A stretch of DNA of 64,000 nt from Eledone cirrhosa (taxonomy: Eukaryota), in contig OZ024744.1 in the NCBI GenBank assembly GCA_964016885.1, positions 56,730,001 through 56,794,000 of the forward strand, read 5' to 3'. Position numbers and translations under genes: made by a program. The notes under the pieces were generated by a model. The model saw only the letters and a list, made by a program, of their open reading frames with translations. It did no database searches and had not been told where the DNA came from. Numbering within the stretch: position 1 is the first letter of the stretch; each line of letters opens with the position of its first letter. This document shows, piece by piece, positions 18,621-37,100 of the stretch.

Positions 18621-21600
18621 CTACCAACACTACCCACACTACCAACAGTACCCACACTACAAACACTACCAACACTACCAACACTATCAACACTACCAAC
18701 ACTATCAACACTACCAACACTACTAACACTATCAACACTATCAACACTATTAACACTACCAACACTACCAACACTACCAACACTACCCACACTACCAACT
18801 CTACCAACACTACCAACACTACCCACACTACCCACACTACCAACACTACCAACACTACCAACACTACCCACACTACCCACACTACCAACACTACCAACAC
18901 TACCCACACTACCAACACTACCAACACTACCCACACTACCCACACTACCAACAATACCAACCCTACCAACACTACCAACACTACCAACACTACCAACACT
19001 ACCAACACTACCCACACTACCAACACTACCAACATTACCAACACTATCAACACTACCAACACTATCAACACTAACAACACTACCCACACTACCAACACTA
19101 CCCACACTACCAACAGTACCCACACTACAAACACTACCAACACTACCAACACTATCAACACTACCAACACTATCAACACTACCAACACTACTAACACTAT
19201 CAACACTATCAACACTATCAACACTACCAACACTACCAACACTACCAACACTACCCACACTACCAACTCTACCAACACTACCAACACTACCCACACTACC
19301 CACACTACCAACACTACCAACACTACCAACACTACCCACACTACCCACACTACCCACACTACCAACACTACCAACACTACCAACACTACCACACTACCAA
19401 CACTACCAACACTACCAACACTACCAATACTACCAACACTACCAACACTACCAACACTACCCACACTACCACACTACCAACACTACCAACACAACCAACA
19501 CTACCAACATTACCCACACTACCAACACTACCAACACTACCAACACTACCAACACTACCAACACTACCAACACTACCAACACTGCCAACACTATCAACAC
19601 TACCAACACTACCAACACTACCAACACTACCAACACTACCAACACTACCCACACTACCAACACTACCAACACTACCAACACTACCAACACTACCCACACT
19701 ACCAACACTACCAACACTACCAACACTAACCACACTACCAACACTACCAACACTACCAACACTAACCACACTACCAACACTACCAACACTACAAACACTA
19801 CCAACAGTACCAACAGTACCCACACTACCAACACTACCAACACTATAAACACTACCAACACTACCAACACTACCCACACTACCAACACTGCCAACACTAC
19901 CCACAATACCAACACTACCAACACTACCAACACTATCAACACTATCAACACTATCAACACTACCAACACTACCAACACTACCAACACTACCCACACTACC
20001 AACACTACCAACACTACCAACACTACCAACACTAACAACACTACCAACACTACCAACACTACCAACACTACCAACACTACCAACACTACCAACACTACCA
20101 ACACTAACAACACTACCCACACTACCAACACTACCAACACTACCAACACTACCCACACTACCAACACTACCAACACTACCCACACTACCCACACTACCAA
20201 CACTACCAACACTACCAACACTACCAACACTACCAACACTACCAACACTACCAACACTACCCACACTACCAACACTACCAACACTACCAACACTATCAAC
20301 ACTACCAACACTATCAACACTAACAACACTACCCACACTACCAACACTACCCACACTACCAACAGTACCCACACTACAAACACTACCAACACTACCAACA
20401 CTATCAACACTACCAACACTATCAACACTACCAACACTACTAACACTATCAACACTATCAACACTACCAACACTACCAACACTATCAACACTACCCACAC
20501 TACCAATACTACCAACACTACCAACACTACCAACACTAACAACACTACCAACACTACCAACACTACCAACACTACCAACAGTACCCACACTACAAACACT
20601 ACCAACACTACCCACACTACCCACACTACCAACACTACCAACACTACCAACACTACCCACACTACCCACACTACCAACACTACCAACACTATCAACACTA
20701 CCCACACTACCAACACTACCAACACTACCAACACTACCAACACTAACAACACTACCAACACTACCAACACTACCAACACTACCAACAGTACCCACACTAC
20801 AAACACTACCAACACTACCCACACTACCCACACTACCAACACTACCAACACTACCAACACTACCAACACTACCCACACTACCCACACTACCAACACTACC
20901 AACACTACCAACACTACCAACACTACCAACACTACCCACACTACCCACACTACCAACACTACCAACACTACCAACACTACCAACACTACCCACACTACCA
21001 ACACTACCAACACTACCAACACTACCCACACTACCCACACTACCAACACTACCAACACTACCAACACTACCCACACTACCCACACTACCAACACTACCAA
21101 CACTACCAACACTACCAACACTACCCACACTATCAACATTACCAACACTACGAACACTACGAACACTACCAACACTACCAACACTACCAACACTACCAAC
21201 ACTACCAACACTACCAACACTACCCACACTACCCACACTACCAACACTACCAACACTACCAACACTACCCACACTACCCACACTACCCACACTACCAACA
21301 CTACCAACACTACCAACACTACCCACACTACCAACACTACCAACACTACCAACACTACCAACACTACCAACACTACCCACACTACCCACACTACCAACAC
21401 TACCAACACTACCAACACTACCAACACTACCCACACTACCAACACTACCAACACTACCAACACTACCAACACTACCAACACTACCAACACTACCAACACT
21501 ACCCACACTACCCACACTACCAACACTACCAACACTACCAACACTACCAACAATACCCACACTACCAACACTACCCACACTACCCACACTACCAACACTA

Positions 21601-21779
21601 CCAACACTACCAACACTACCAACACTACCCACACTACCCACACTACCAACACTACCAACACTACCAACACTACCAATACTACCCACACTACCAACACTAC
21701 CCACACTACCCACACTACCAACACTACCAACACTACCAACACTACCAGCACTATCAACACTACCAACACTACCAACACT

Positions 21780-24700
21780 ACCAACACTACCAACACTACC
21801 AACAGTACCAACAGTACCCACACTACCAACACTACCAACACTACCAACAGTTCCCACACTACAAACACTACCAACACTACCCACACTACCCACACTACCA
21901 ACACTACCCACACTATCAACACTACCAACACTACCAACACTACCAACACTACCCACACTATCAACACTACCAACACTACCAACACTACCAACACTACTAA
22001 CACTACCAACACTGCCTACACTACCAACACTGCCAACACTACCCACAATACCAACACTACCAAAACTACCCACACTACCAACACTAACAACACTACCAAC
22101 ACTACCAACACTACCAACACTACCAACACTACCAACACTGCCAACACTACACACAATACCAACACTACCAACACTACCCACACTACCAACACTAACAACA
22201 CTACCAACACTACCCACACTACCAACACTACCAACACTACCAACACTACCCACACTACCAACACTACCAACACTACCAACACTACCAACACGACCAACAC
22301 TTCCAATACTACCAACACTACCAACACTACCAACACGACCAACACTACCAACACTACCAACACTGTCAACACTACCAACACTACCAACACTACCCACACT
22401 ACCAACACTACCAACACTACCAACACGACCAACACTTCCAACACTACCAACACTACCAACACTACCAACACGACCAACACTACCAACACTACCAACACTA
22501 CCAACACTGTCAACACTACCAACACTACCAACACTACCCACACTACCAACACTACCAACACTACCAACACTACCAGCACTACCAACACTACTAACACTAC
22601 CAACACTACCAACACTACCAACACTACTAACACTACCAACACTACCAACACTACCCACACTACCAACACTACCAACACTACCAATGCTACGAACACTACC
22701 AACACTACCAACACTACCAACACTACCAACACTACCAACACTACCAACACTACAAACACTACCAACAGTACCAACAGTACCCACACTACCAACACTACCC
22801 ACACTACCAACACTACCAACACTATAAACACTACCAACACTACCAACACTACCCACACTACCAACACTGCCAACACTACCCACACTACCAACACTACCAA
22901 CACTACCAACACTACCAACACTATCAACACTACCAACACTACCAACACTACCAACACTACCAACACTACCCACACTACCAACACTACCAACACTACCAAC
23001 ACTATCAACACTATCAACACTATCAACACTACCAACACTACCAACACTACCAACACTACCCACAATACCAACACTACCAACACTACCAACACTATCAACA
23101 CTATCAACACTATCAACACTACCAACACTACCAACACTACCAACACTACCCACACTACCAACACTACCAACACTACCAACACTACCAACACTAACAACAC
23201 TACCAACACTACCAACACTACCAACACTACCAACACTACCAACACTAACAACACTACCCACACTACCAACACTACCAACACTACCAACACTACCCACACT
23301 ACCAACACTACCAACACTACCCACACTACCCACACTACCAACACTACCAACACTACCAACACTACCAACACTACCAACACTACCAACACTACCAACACTA
23401 CCCACACTACCAACACTACCAACACTACCAACACTATCAACACTACCAACACTATCAACACTAACAACACTACCCACACTACCAACACTACCCACACTAC
23501 CAACAGTACCCACACTACAAACACTACCAACACTACCAACACTATCAACACTACCAACACTATCAACACTACCAACACTACTAACACTATCAACACTATC
23601 AACACTATTAACACTACCAACACTACCAACACTACCAACACTACCCACACTACCAACTCTACCAACACTACCAACACTACCCACACTACCCACACTACCA
23701 ACACTACCAACACTACCAACACTACCCACACTACCCACACTACCAACACTACCAACACTACCCACACTACCAACACTACCAACACTACCCACACTACCCA
23801 CACTACCAACACTACCAACCCTACCAACACTACCAACACTACCAACACTACCAACACTACCAACACTACCCACACTACCAACACTACCAACACTACCAAC
23901 ACTATCAACACTACCAACACTATCAACACTAACAACACTACCCACACTACCAACACTACCCACACTACCAACAGTACCCACACTACAAACACTACCAACA
24001 CTACCAACACTATCAACACTACCAACACTATCAACACTACCAACACTACTAACACTATCAACACTATCAACACTATCAACACTACCAACACTACCAACAC
24101 TACCAACACTACCCACACTACCAACTCTACCAACACTACCAACACTACCCACACTACCCACACTACCAACACTACCAACACTACCAACACTACCCACACT
24201 ACCCACACTACCCACACTACCAACACTACCAACACTACCAACACTATCAACACTACCAACACTATCAACACTAACAACACTACCCACACTACCAACACTA
24301 CCCACACTACCCACACTACCAACAGTACCCACACTACAAACACTACCAACACTACCAACACTATCAACACTACCAACACTATCAACACTACCAACACTAC
24401 TAACACTATCAACACTATCAACACTATTAACACTACCAACACTACCAACACTACCAACACTACCCACACTACCAACTCTGCCAACACTACCAACACTACC
24501 CACACTACCCACACTACCAACACTACCAACACTACCAACACTACCCACACTACCCACACTACCAACACTACCAACACTACCCACACTACCAACACTACCA
24601 ACACTACCCACACTACCCACACTACCAACACTACCAACCCTACCAACACTACCAACACTACCAACACTACCAACACTACCAACACTACCCACACTACCAA

Positions 24701-25070
24701 CACTACCAACACTACCAACACTATCAACACTACCAACACTATCAACACTAACAACACTACCCACACTACCAACACTACCCACACTACCAACAGTACCCAC
24801 ACTACAAACACTACCAACACTACCAACACTATCAACACTACCAACACTATCAACACTACCAACACTACTAACACTATCAACACTATCAACACTATCAACA
24901 CTACCAACACTACCAACACTACCAACACTACCCACACTACCAACTCTACCAACACTACCAACACTACCCACACTACCCACACTACCAACACTACCAACAC
25001 TACCAACACTACCCACACTACCCACACTACCCACACTACCAACACTACCAACACTACCAACACTACCACA
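21780..25070 (+). repeat. Partial third copy of the 5.1-kb unit, corresponding to about 16300-19390
   Basis: AGTTCCCAC at 16361/21849, ACTGCCTAC at ~16523/~22011 and AAT-GCT at 17195/22683 (offset 5,488); ends at the shared 8-bp monomer 19385/25062. Confidence 0.85.
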
Positions 25071-25199
25071 CTACCAACACTACCAACACTACCAACACTA
25101 CCAACACTACCAACACTACCAACACTACCAACACTACCCACACTACCAACACTACCAACACAACCAACACTACCAACATTACCCACACTACCAACACTA

Positions 25200-28100
25200 C
25201 CAACACTACCAACACTACCAACACTACCAACACTACCAACACTACCAACACTGCCAACACTATCAACACTACCAACACTACCAACACTACCAACACTACC
25301 AACACTACCCACACTACCAACACTACCAACACTACCAACACTACCAACACTACCCACACTACCAACACTACCAACACTACCAACACTAACCACACTACCA
25401 ACACTACCAACACTACCAACACTAACCACACTACCAACACTACCCACACTACCAACACTACCAACACTACCAACACTACCAACACTACCCACACTACCAA
25501 CACTACCAACACTACCAACACTAACCACACTACCAACACTACCAACACTACCCACACTACCAACACTACCAACACTACCAACACTATCAACATTACCAAC
25601 ACTATCAACACTACCAACACTACCAACACTACCAACACTACCCACACTACCAACACTACCAATACTACCAACACTACCAACACTACTAACACTACCAACA
25701 CTATCAACACTACCAACACAACCAACACTACCCACACTACCAACACTACCAACACTACCCACACTACCAACACTACCAAGACTACCAACACTACCAACAG
25801 TACCCACACTACCAACACTACCATCACTACCAACACTACCAACACTACCCACACTACCAACACTACCAACACTACCAACACTACCAACACTACCAACACT
25901 ACTAACACTACCAACACTACCAACACTACCAACACTACCAACACTACCAACACTACCAACACTACTAACACTACCAACACTACCAACACTACCAACACTA
26001 CCAACACTACCAACACTACCAACATTATCAACACTATCAACACTACCAACACTGCCCACACTGCCAACACTACCTACACTACCAACACTACCAACACTAC
26101 CAACACTACCAACACTACCAACACTACCAACACCATCAACACTACCAACACTACCAACACTACCAACACTACCAACACTACCAACACTACCAACACTACC
26201 AACACTACCAACACTACCAACACTACCCACACTATCAACACTACCAACACTACCAACACTACCAACACTACCAACACTACCAACACTACCAACACTACAA
26301 ACACTACCAACAGTACCAACAGTACCCACACTACCAACACTACAAACACTATAAACACTACCAACACTACCAACACTACCCACACTACCAACACTGCCAA
26401 CACTACCCACAATACCAACACTACCAACACTACCAACACTATCAACACTATCAACACTATCAACACTACCAACACTACCAACACTACCAACACTACCCAC
26501 ACTACCAACACTACCAACACTACCAACACTACCAACACTAACAACACTACCAACACTACCAACACTACCAACACTACCAACACTACCAACACTACCAACA
26601 CTACCAACACTAACAACACTACCCACACTACCAACACTACCAACACTACCAACACTACCCACACTACCAACACTACCAACACTACCCACACTACCCACAC
26701 TACCAACACTACCAACACTACCAACACTACCAACACTACCAACACTACCAACACTACCAACACTACCCACACTACCAACACTACCAACACTACCAACACT
26801 ATCAACACTACCAACACTATCAACACTAACAACACTACCCACACTACCAACACTACCCACACTACCAACAGTACCCACACTACAAACACTACCAACACTA
26901 CCAACACTATCAACACTACCAACACTATCAACACTACCAACACTACTAACACTATCAACACTATCAACACTACCAACACTACCAACACTATCAACACTAC
27001 CCACACTACCAATACTACCAACACTACCAACACTACCAACACTAACAACACTACCAACACTACCAACACTACCAACACTACCAACAGTACCCACACTACA
27101 AACACTACCAACACTACCCACACTACCCACACTACCAACACTACCAACACTACCAACACTACCCACACTACCCACACTACCAACACTACCAACACTATCA
27201 ACACTACCCACACTACCAACACTACCAACACTACCAACACTACCAACACTAACAACACTACCAACACTACCGACACTACCAACACTACCAACAGTACCCA
27301 CACTACAAACACTACCAACACTACCCACACTACCCACACTACCAACACTACCAACACTACCAACACTACCAACACTACCCACACTACCCACACTACCAAC
27401 ACTACCAACACTACCAACACTACCAACACTACCAACACTACCCACACTACCCACACTACCAACACTACCAACACTACCAACACTACCAACACTACCCACA
27501 CTACCAACACTACCAACACTACCAACACTACCCACACTACCCACACTACCAACACTACCAACACTACCAACACTACCCACACTACCCACACTACCAACAC
27601 TACCAACACTACCAACACTACCAACACTACCCACACTATCAACATTACCAACACTACGAACACTACGAACACTACCAACACTACCAACACTACCAACACT
27701 ACCAACACTACCAACACTACCAACACTACCCACACTACCCACACTACCAACACTACCAACACTACCAACACTACCCACACTACCCACACTACCCACACTA
27801 CCAACACTACCAACACTACCAACACTACCCACACTACCCACACTACCAACACTACCAACACTACCCACACTACCCACACTACCCACACTACCAACACTAC
27901 CAACACTACCAACACTACCAACACTACCCACACTATCAACATTACCAACACTACCAACACTACGAACACTACGAACACTACCAACACTACCAACACTACC
28001 AACACTACCAACACTACCAACACTACCCACACTACCAACACTACCAACACTACCAACACTACCAACACTACCAACACTACCCACACTACCCACACTACCA

Positions 28101-31100
28101 ACACTACCAACACTACCAACACTACCAACACTACCCACACTACCAACACTACCAACACTACCAACACTACCAACACTACCAACACTACCAACACTACCAA
28201 CACTACCCACACTACCCACACTACCAACACTACCAACACTACCAACACTACCAACAATACCCACACTACCAACACTACCCACACTACCCACACTACCAAC
28301 ACTACCAACACTACCAACACTACCAACACTACCCACACTACCCACACTACCAACACTACCAACACTACCAACACTACCAATACTACCCACACTACCAACA
28401 CTACCCACACTACCCACACTACCAACACTACCAACACTACCAACACTACCAGCACTATCAACACTACCAACACTACCAACACTACCAACACTACCAACAC
28501 TACCAACAGTACCAACAGTACCCACACTACCAACACTACCAACACTACCAACAGTTCCCACACTACAAACACTACCAACACTACCCACACTACCCACACT
28601 ACCAACACTACCAACACTATCAACACTACCAACACTACGAACACTACCCACACTACCCACACTACACACACTACCAACACTACCAACACCACCAACACTA
28701 CCAACACTACCAACACTACACACACTACCAACACTACCAACACCACCAACACTACCAACACTACCAACACTACCAACACTGCCAACAGTATCAACACTAC
28801 CAACACTACCAACACTACCAACACTACCAACACTACCAACACTACCCACACTACCAACACTACCAACACTACCAACACTACCAACACTACCCACACTACC
28901 AACACTACCAACACTACCAACACTAACCACACTACCAACACTACCAACACTACCCACACTACCAACACTACCAACACTACCAACACTATCAACACTACCA
29001 ACACTATCAACACTACCAACACTACCAACACTACCAACACTACCCACACTACCAACACTACCAACACTACCAACACTACCAACACTACTAACACTACCAA
29101 CACTATCAACACTACCAACACAACCAACACTACCCACACTACCAACACTACCAACACTACCCACACTACCAACACTACCAACACTACCAACACTACCCAC
29201 ACTACCCACACTACCAACACTACCAACACTACCCACACTACCAACACTACCAACACTACCAATACTACCCACACTACCAACACTACCAACACTACCAACA
29301 CTATCAACACTACCAACACTATCAACACTAACAACACTACCCACACTACCAACACTACCCACACTACCAACAGTACCCACACTACAAACACTACCAACAC
29401 TACCAACACTATCAACACTATCAACACTATCAACACTACCAACACTACTAACACTATCAACACTATCAACACTATCAACACTACCAACACTACCAACACT
29501 ACCAACACTACCAACACTACCAACACTAACAACACTACCAACACTACCAACACTACCAACACTACCAACAGTACCCACACTACAAACACTACCAACACTA
29601 CCCACACTACCCACACTACCAACACTACCAACACTATCAACACTACCAACACTACGAACACTCCCAACACTACCAACACTACCAACACTACCAACACTAC
29701 CAACACTACCAACACTACCAAGACTACCCACACTACCCACACTACCAACACTACCAACACTACCAACACTACCCACACTACCCACACTACCCACACTACC
29801 AACACTACCAACACTACCAACACTACCCACACTACCAACACTACCAACACTACCAACACTACCAACACTACCAACACTACCAACACTACCAACACTACCC
29901 ACACTACCCACACTACCAACACTACCAATACTACCAACACTACAACACTACCAACACTACCAACACTACCAACACTACCAACACTACCCACACTACCCAC
30001 ACTACCAACACTACCAACACTACCAACACTACCAACACTACCAACAATACCCACACTACCAACACTACCCACACTACCCACACTACCAACACTACCAACA
30101 CTACCAACACTACCCACACTACCAACACTACCAACACTACCAACACTACCAACACTACCAACACTACCAACACTACCAACACTACCAACACTACCCACAC
30201 TACCAACACTACCAACACTACCAACACTACCAACACTACCAACATTACCAACACTACCCACACTACCCACACTACCAACACGACCAACACTACCAACACT
30301 ACCAGCACTATCAACACTACCAACACTACCAACACTACCAACACTACCAACACTACCAACAGTACCAACAGTACCCACACTACCAACACTACCAACACTA
30401 CCAACACTACCAATACTACCAACACTAACAACACTACCAACACTACCAACACTACAAACACTACCAACACTACTAACACTATCAACACTAACAACACTAC
30501 CAACACTACCAACACTACCCACACTACCAACACTACCAACACTACCAACACTACCAACACTACCAACACTACCAACACTACCAACACTACCAACACTACC
30601 CACACTACCAACACTACCAACACTACCAACACTACCAACACTACCCACACTACCCACACTACCCACACTACCAACACTACCAACACTACCAACACTACCC
30701 ACACTACCAACACTACCAACACTACCAACACTACCAACACTACCAACACTACCAACACTACCAACACTACCAACACTACCAACACTACCAACACTACCCA
30801 CACTACCAACGCTGCCAACACTACCCACAATACCAACACTACCAACACTACCAACACTACCAACACTACCAACACTACCCACACTACCAACACTAACAAC
30901 ACTACCAACACTACCCACACTACCAACACTACCAACACTACCAACACTACCCACACTACCAACACTACCAACACTACCAACACTACCAACACTACCAACA
31001 CGACCAACACTACCAACACTACCAACACTACCAACACTGTCAACACTACCAACACTACCAACACTACCCACACTACCAACACTACCAACACTACCAACAC

Positions 31101-34100
31101 GACCAACACTACCAACACTACCAACATTATCAACACTACCAACACTGCCCACACTGCCAACACTACCAACACTAGCAACACTACCAACACTACCAACACT
31201 ACCAACACTACCAACACTACCAACACTACCCACACTAACAACACTACCCACACTACCAACACTACCCACACTACCAACAGTACCCACACTACAAACACTA
31301 CCAACACTACCAACACTACCAACACTATTAACACTACCAACACTACCAACACTACCAACACTACCAATACTACCAACACTATCAACACTACCCACACTAC
31401 CAACACTACCAACACTATCAATACTACCAACACTATCAACACTACCAACACTACTAACACTATCAACACTATCAACACTATCAACACTACCAACACTACC
31501 AACACTACCAACACTACCCACACTACCAACACTACCAACACTACCAACACTACCCACACTACCCACACTACCAACACTACCAACACTACCAACACTACCC
31601 ACACTACCGACACTACCCACACTACCAACACTACCAACACTACCAACACTACCCACACTACCAACACTACTAACACTACCAACACTACCAACACTACCAA
31701 CACTACCAACACTACCAACACTACCCACACTACCAACACTACCAACACTACCAACACTACCAACACTACCCACACTACCAACACTAGCAACACTACCAAC
31801 ACTACCAACACTACCCACACTACCCACACTACCAACACTACCAACACTACCAACACTACCAACACTACAAACAATACCCACACTACCAACACTACCCACA
31901 CTACCCACACTACCAACACTACCAACACTACCCACACTACCCACACTACCAACACTACCAACACTACCAACACTACCAACACTACCAACACTACCAACAC
32001 TACCAACACTACCAACACTACCAACACTACCAACACTACCAACACTACCAACACTACCAACACTACCCACACTACCCACACTACCAACACTACCAACACT
32101 ACCAACACTACCCACACTACCCACACTACCTACACTACCCACACTACCAACACTACCAACACTACCAACACTACCAACACTACCAACACTACCAACACTA
32201 CCAGCACTATCAACACTACCAACACTACCAACACTACCAACACTACCAACACTAACCAACACTACCAACAGTACCAACAGTACCCACACTACCAACACTA
32301 CCAACACTACCAACAGTACCCACACTACAAACACTACCAACACTACCCACACTACCCACACTACCAACACTACCAACACTATCAACACAACCAACACTAC
32401 CCACACTATCAACACTACCAACACTACCAACACTACCAACACCACCAACACTACCAACACTACCAACACTACCAACACTGCCAACACTATCAACACTACC
32501 AACACTACCAACACTACCAACACTACCAACACTTCCAACACTACCCACACTACCAACACTACCAACTACACTACCAACACTACCAACACTACCCACACTA
32601 CCAACACTACCAACACTACCAACACTAACCACACTACCAACACTAGCAACACTACCCACACTACCAATACTACCAACACTACCAACACTATCAACACTAC
32701 CAACACTATCAACACTACCAACACTACCAACACTACAAACACTACCTACACTACCAACACTACCAACACTACCCACACTACCAATACTACCAACACTACC
32801 GACACTACCAAACACTACCCACACTACCAACACTACCAACACTACCAACACTACCAACACTACCAACATTACCAACACTACCAACACTACCCACACTACC
32901 CACACTACCAACACTACCAACACTACCAACACTACCAACACTACCCACACTACCAACACTACCCACACTACCCACACTACCAACACTACCAACACTACCA
33001 ACACTACCAGCACTATCAACACTACCAACACTACCAACACTACCAACACTACCAACACTACCAACACTACCAACAGTACCAACAGTACCCACACTACCAA
33101 CACTACCAACACTACCAACACTACCAAACACTACAAACACTACCAACACTACCCACACTACCCACACTACCAACACTACCAACACTATCAACACTACCAA
33201 CACTACGAACACTACCCACACTACCCACACTACCAACACTACCAACACTACGAACACTACCAACACTACACACACTACCAACACTAGCAACACCACCAAC
33301 ACTACCAACACTACCAACACTACCAACACTGCCAACACTATCAACACTACCCACACTACCACACTACCAACACTACAAACACTACCAACACTACCAACAC
33401 TACCAACACTACACACACTACCAACACTACCAACACCACCAACACTACCAACACTACCAACACTACCAACACTGCCAACACTATCAACACTACCAACACT
33501 ACCAACACTACCAACACTACCAACACTACCCACACTACCAACACTACCAACACTACCAACACTACCAACACTACCCACACTACCAACACTACCAACACTA
33601 CCAACACTAACCACACTACCAACACTACCAACACTACCCACACTACCAACACTACCAACACTACCAACACTATCAACACTACCAACACTATCAACACTAC
33701 CAACACTACCAACACTACCAACACTACCCACACGACCAACACTACCAACACTACCAACACTACCAACACTACTAACACTACCAACACTATCAACACTACC
33801 AACACAACCAACACTACCCCACACTACCAACACTACCAACACTACCCACTACTACCAACACTACCAACACTACCAACACTACCAACACTACCAACAGTAC
33901 CCACACTACCAACACTACCATCACTACCAACACTACCAACACTACCCACACTACCAACACTACCAACACTACCAACACTACCAACACTACCAACACTACT
34001 AACACTACCAACACTACCAACACTACCAACACTACCAACACTACCAACACTACCAACACTACTAACACTACCAACACTACCAACACTACCAACACTACCA

Positions 34101-37100
34101 ACACTACCAACACTACCAACATTATCAACACTACCAACACTACCAACACTGCCCACACTGCCAACACTACCAACACTACCAACACTACCAACACTACCAA
34201 CACTACCAACACTACCAACACTACCAACACCATCAACACTACCAACACTACCAACACTACCAACACTACCAACACTACCAACACTACCAACACTACCAAC
34301 ACTACCAACACTACCCACACTATCAACACTACCAACACTACCAACACTACCAACACTACTAACACTACCAACACTGCCAACACTACCAACACTGCCAACA
34401 CTACCCACAATACCAACGCTACCACACCCACCTACAAACTACCCACACTACCAACACTAACAACACTACCAACACTACCAACAATACCCTACCAACACTA
34501 CCAACACTACCAACACTGCCAACACTACCCACAATACCAACACTACCAACACTACCCACACTAACAACACTACCAACACTACCCACACTACCAACACTAC
34601 CAACACTACCAACACTACCCACACTACCAACACTACCAACACTACCAACACTACCAACACGACCAACACTTCCAATACTACCAACACTACCAACACTACC
34701 AACACGACCAACACTACCAACACTACCAACACTGTCAACACTACCAACACTACCAACACAACCAACACTACCCACACTACCAACACTACCAACACTACCC
34801 ACACTACCAACACTACCAACACTACCAACACTACCAACACTACCAACAGTACCCACACTACCAACACTACCATCACTACCAACACTACCAACACTACCCA
34901 CACTACCAACACTACCAACACTACAACACTACCAACACTACCAACACTACCAACACTACTAACACAACCAACACTACCAACACTACCAACACTACCAACA
35001 CTACCAACACTACTAACACTACCAACACTACCAACACTACCAACACTACCAACACTACCAACACTACCAACATTATCAACACTACCCAACACTACCAACA
35101 CTGCCCACACTGCCAACACTACCAACACTACCAACACTACCAACACTACCAACACTACCAACACTACCAACACTACCAACACCATCAACACTACCAACAC
35201 TACCACACTACCAACACTACCAACACTACCAACACTACCAACACTACCAACACTACCAACACTACCCACACTATCAACACTACCAACACTACCAACACTA
35301 CCAACACTACTAACACTACCAACACTGCCTACACTACCAACACTGCCAACACTACCCACAATACCAACACTACCAAACTACCCACACTACCAACACTAAC
35401 AACACTACCAACACTACCAACACTACCAACACTACCAACACTACCAACACTGCCAACACTACACACAATACCAACACTACCAACACTACCCACACTACCA
35501 ACACTAACAACACTACCAACACTACCCACACTACCAACACTACCAACACTACCAACACTACCCACACTACCAACACTACCAACACTACCAACACTACCAA
35601 CACGACCAACACTTCCAATACTACCAACACTACAACACTTACCACACACGACCAACACTACCAACACTACCAACACTGTCAACACTACCAACACTACCAA
35701 CACTACCCACACTACCAACACTACCAACACTACCAACACGACCAACACTTCCAACACTACCAACACTACCAACACTACCAACACGACCAACACTACCAAC
35801 ACTACCAACACTACCAACACTGTCAACACTACCAACACTACCAACACTACCCCACACTACCAACACTACCAACACTACCAAACACTACCAGCACTACCAA
35901 CACTACTAACACTACCAACACTACCAACACTACCAACACTACTAACACTACCAACACTACCAACACTACCCACACTACCAACACTACCAACACTACCAAT
36001 GCTACGAACACTACCAACACTACCAACACTACCAACACTACCAACACTACCAACACTACCAACACTACAAACACTACCAACAGTACCAACAGTACCCACA
36101 CTACCAACACTACCCACACTACCAACACTACCAACACTATAAACACTACCAACACTACCAACACTACCCACACTACCAACACTGCCAACACTACACACAA
36201 TACCAACACTACCAACACTACCAACACTATCAACACTATCAACACTATCAACACTACCAACACTACCAACACTACCAACACTACCCACACTACCAACACT
36301 ACCAACACTACCAACACTACCAACACTAACAACACTACCAACACTACCAACACTCCCAACACTACCAACACTACCAACACTACCAACACTAACAACACTA
36401 CCCACACTACCAACACTACCAACACTACCAACACTACCCACACTACCAACACTACCAACACTACCCACACTACCCCACACTACCAACACTACCAACACTA
36501 CCAACACTACCAACACTACCAACACTACCACACTACCCACACTACCAACACTACCAACACTACCAACACTATCAACACTACCAACACTATCAACACTAAC
36601 AACACTACCCACACTACCAACACTACCCACACTACCAACAGTACCCACACTACAAACACTACCAACACTACCAACACTATCAACACTACCAACACTATCA
36701 ACACTACCAACACTACTAACACTATCAACACTATCAACACTATTAACACTACCAACACTACCAACACTACCAACACTACCCACACTACCAACTCTACCAA
36801 CACTACCAACACTACCCACACTACCCACACTACGACACTACCAACACTACCAACACTACCAACACTACCCACACTACCCACACTACCAACACTACCAACA
36901 CTACCCACACTACCAACACTACCAACACTACCACACTACCCACACTACCAACACTACCAACCCTACCAACACTACCAACACTACCAACACTACCAACACT
37001 ACCAACACTACCCACACTACCAACACTACCAACACTACCAACACTATCAACACTACCAACACTATCAACACTAACAACACTACCCACACTACCACAACTA

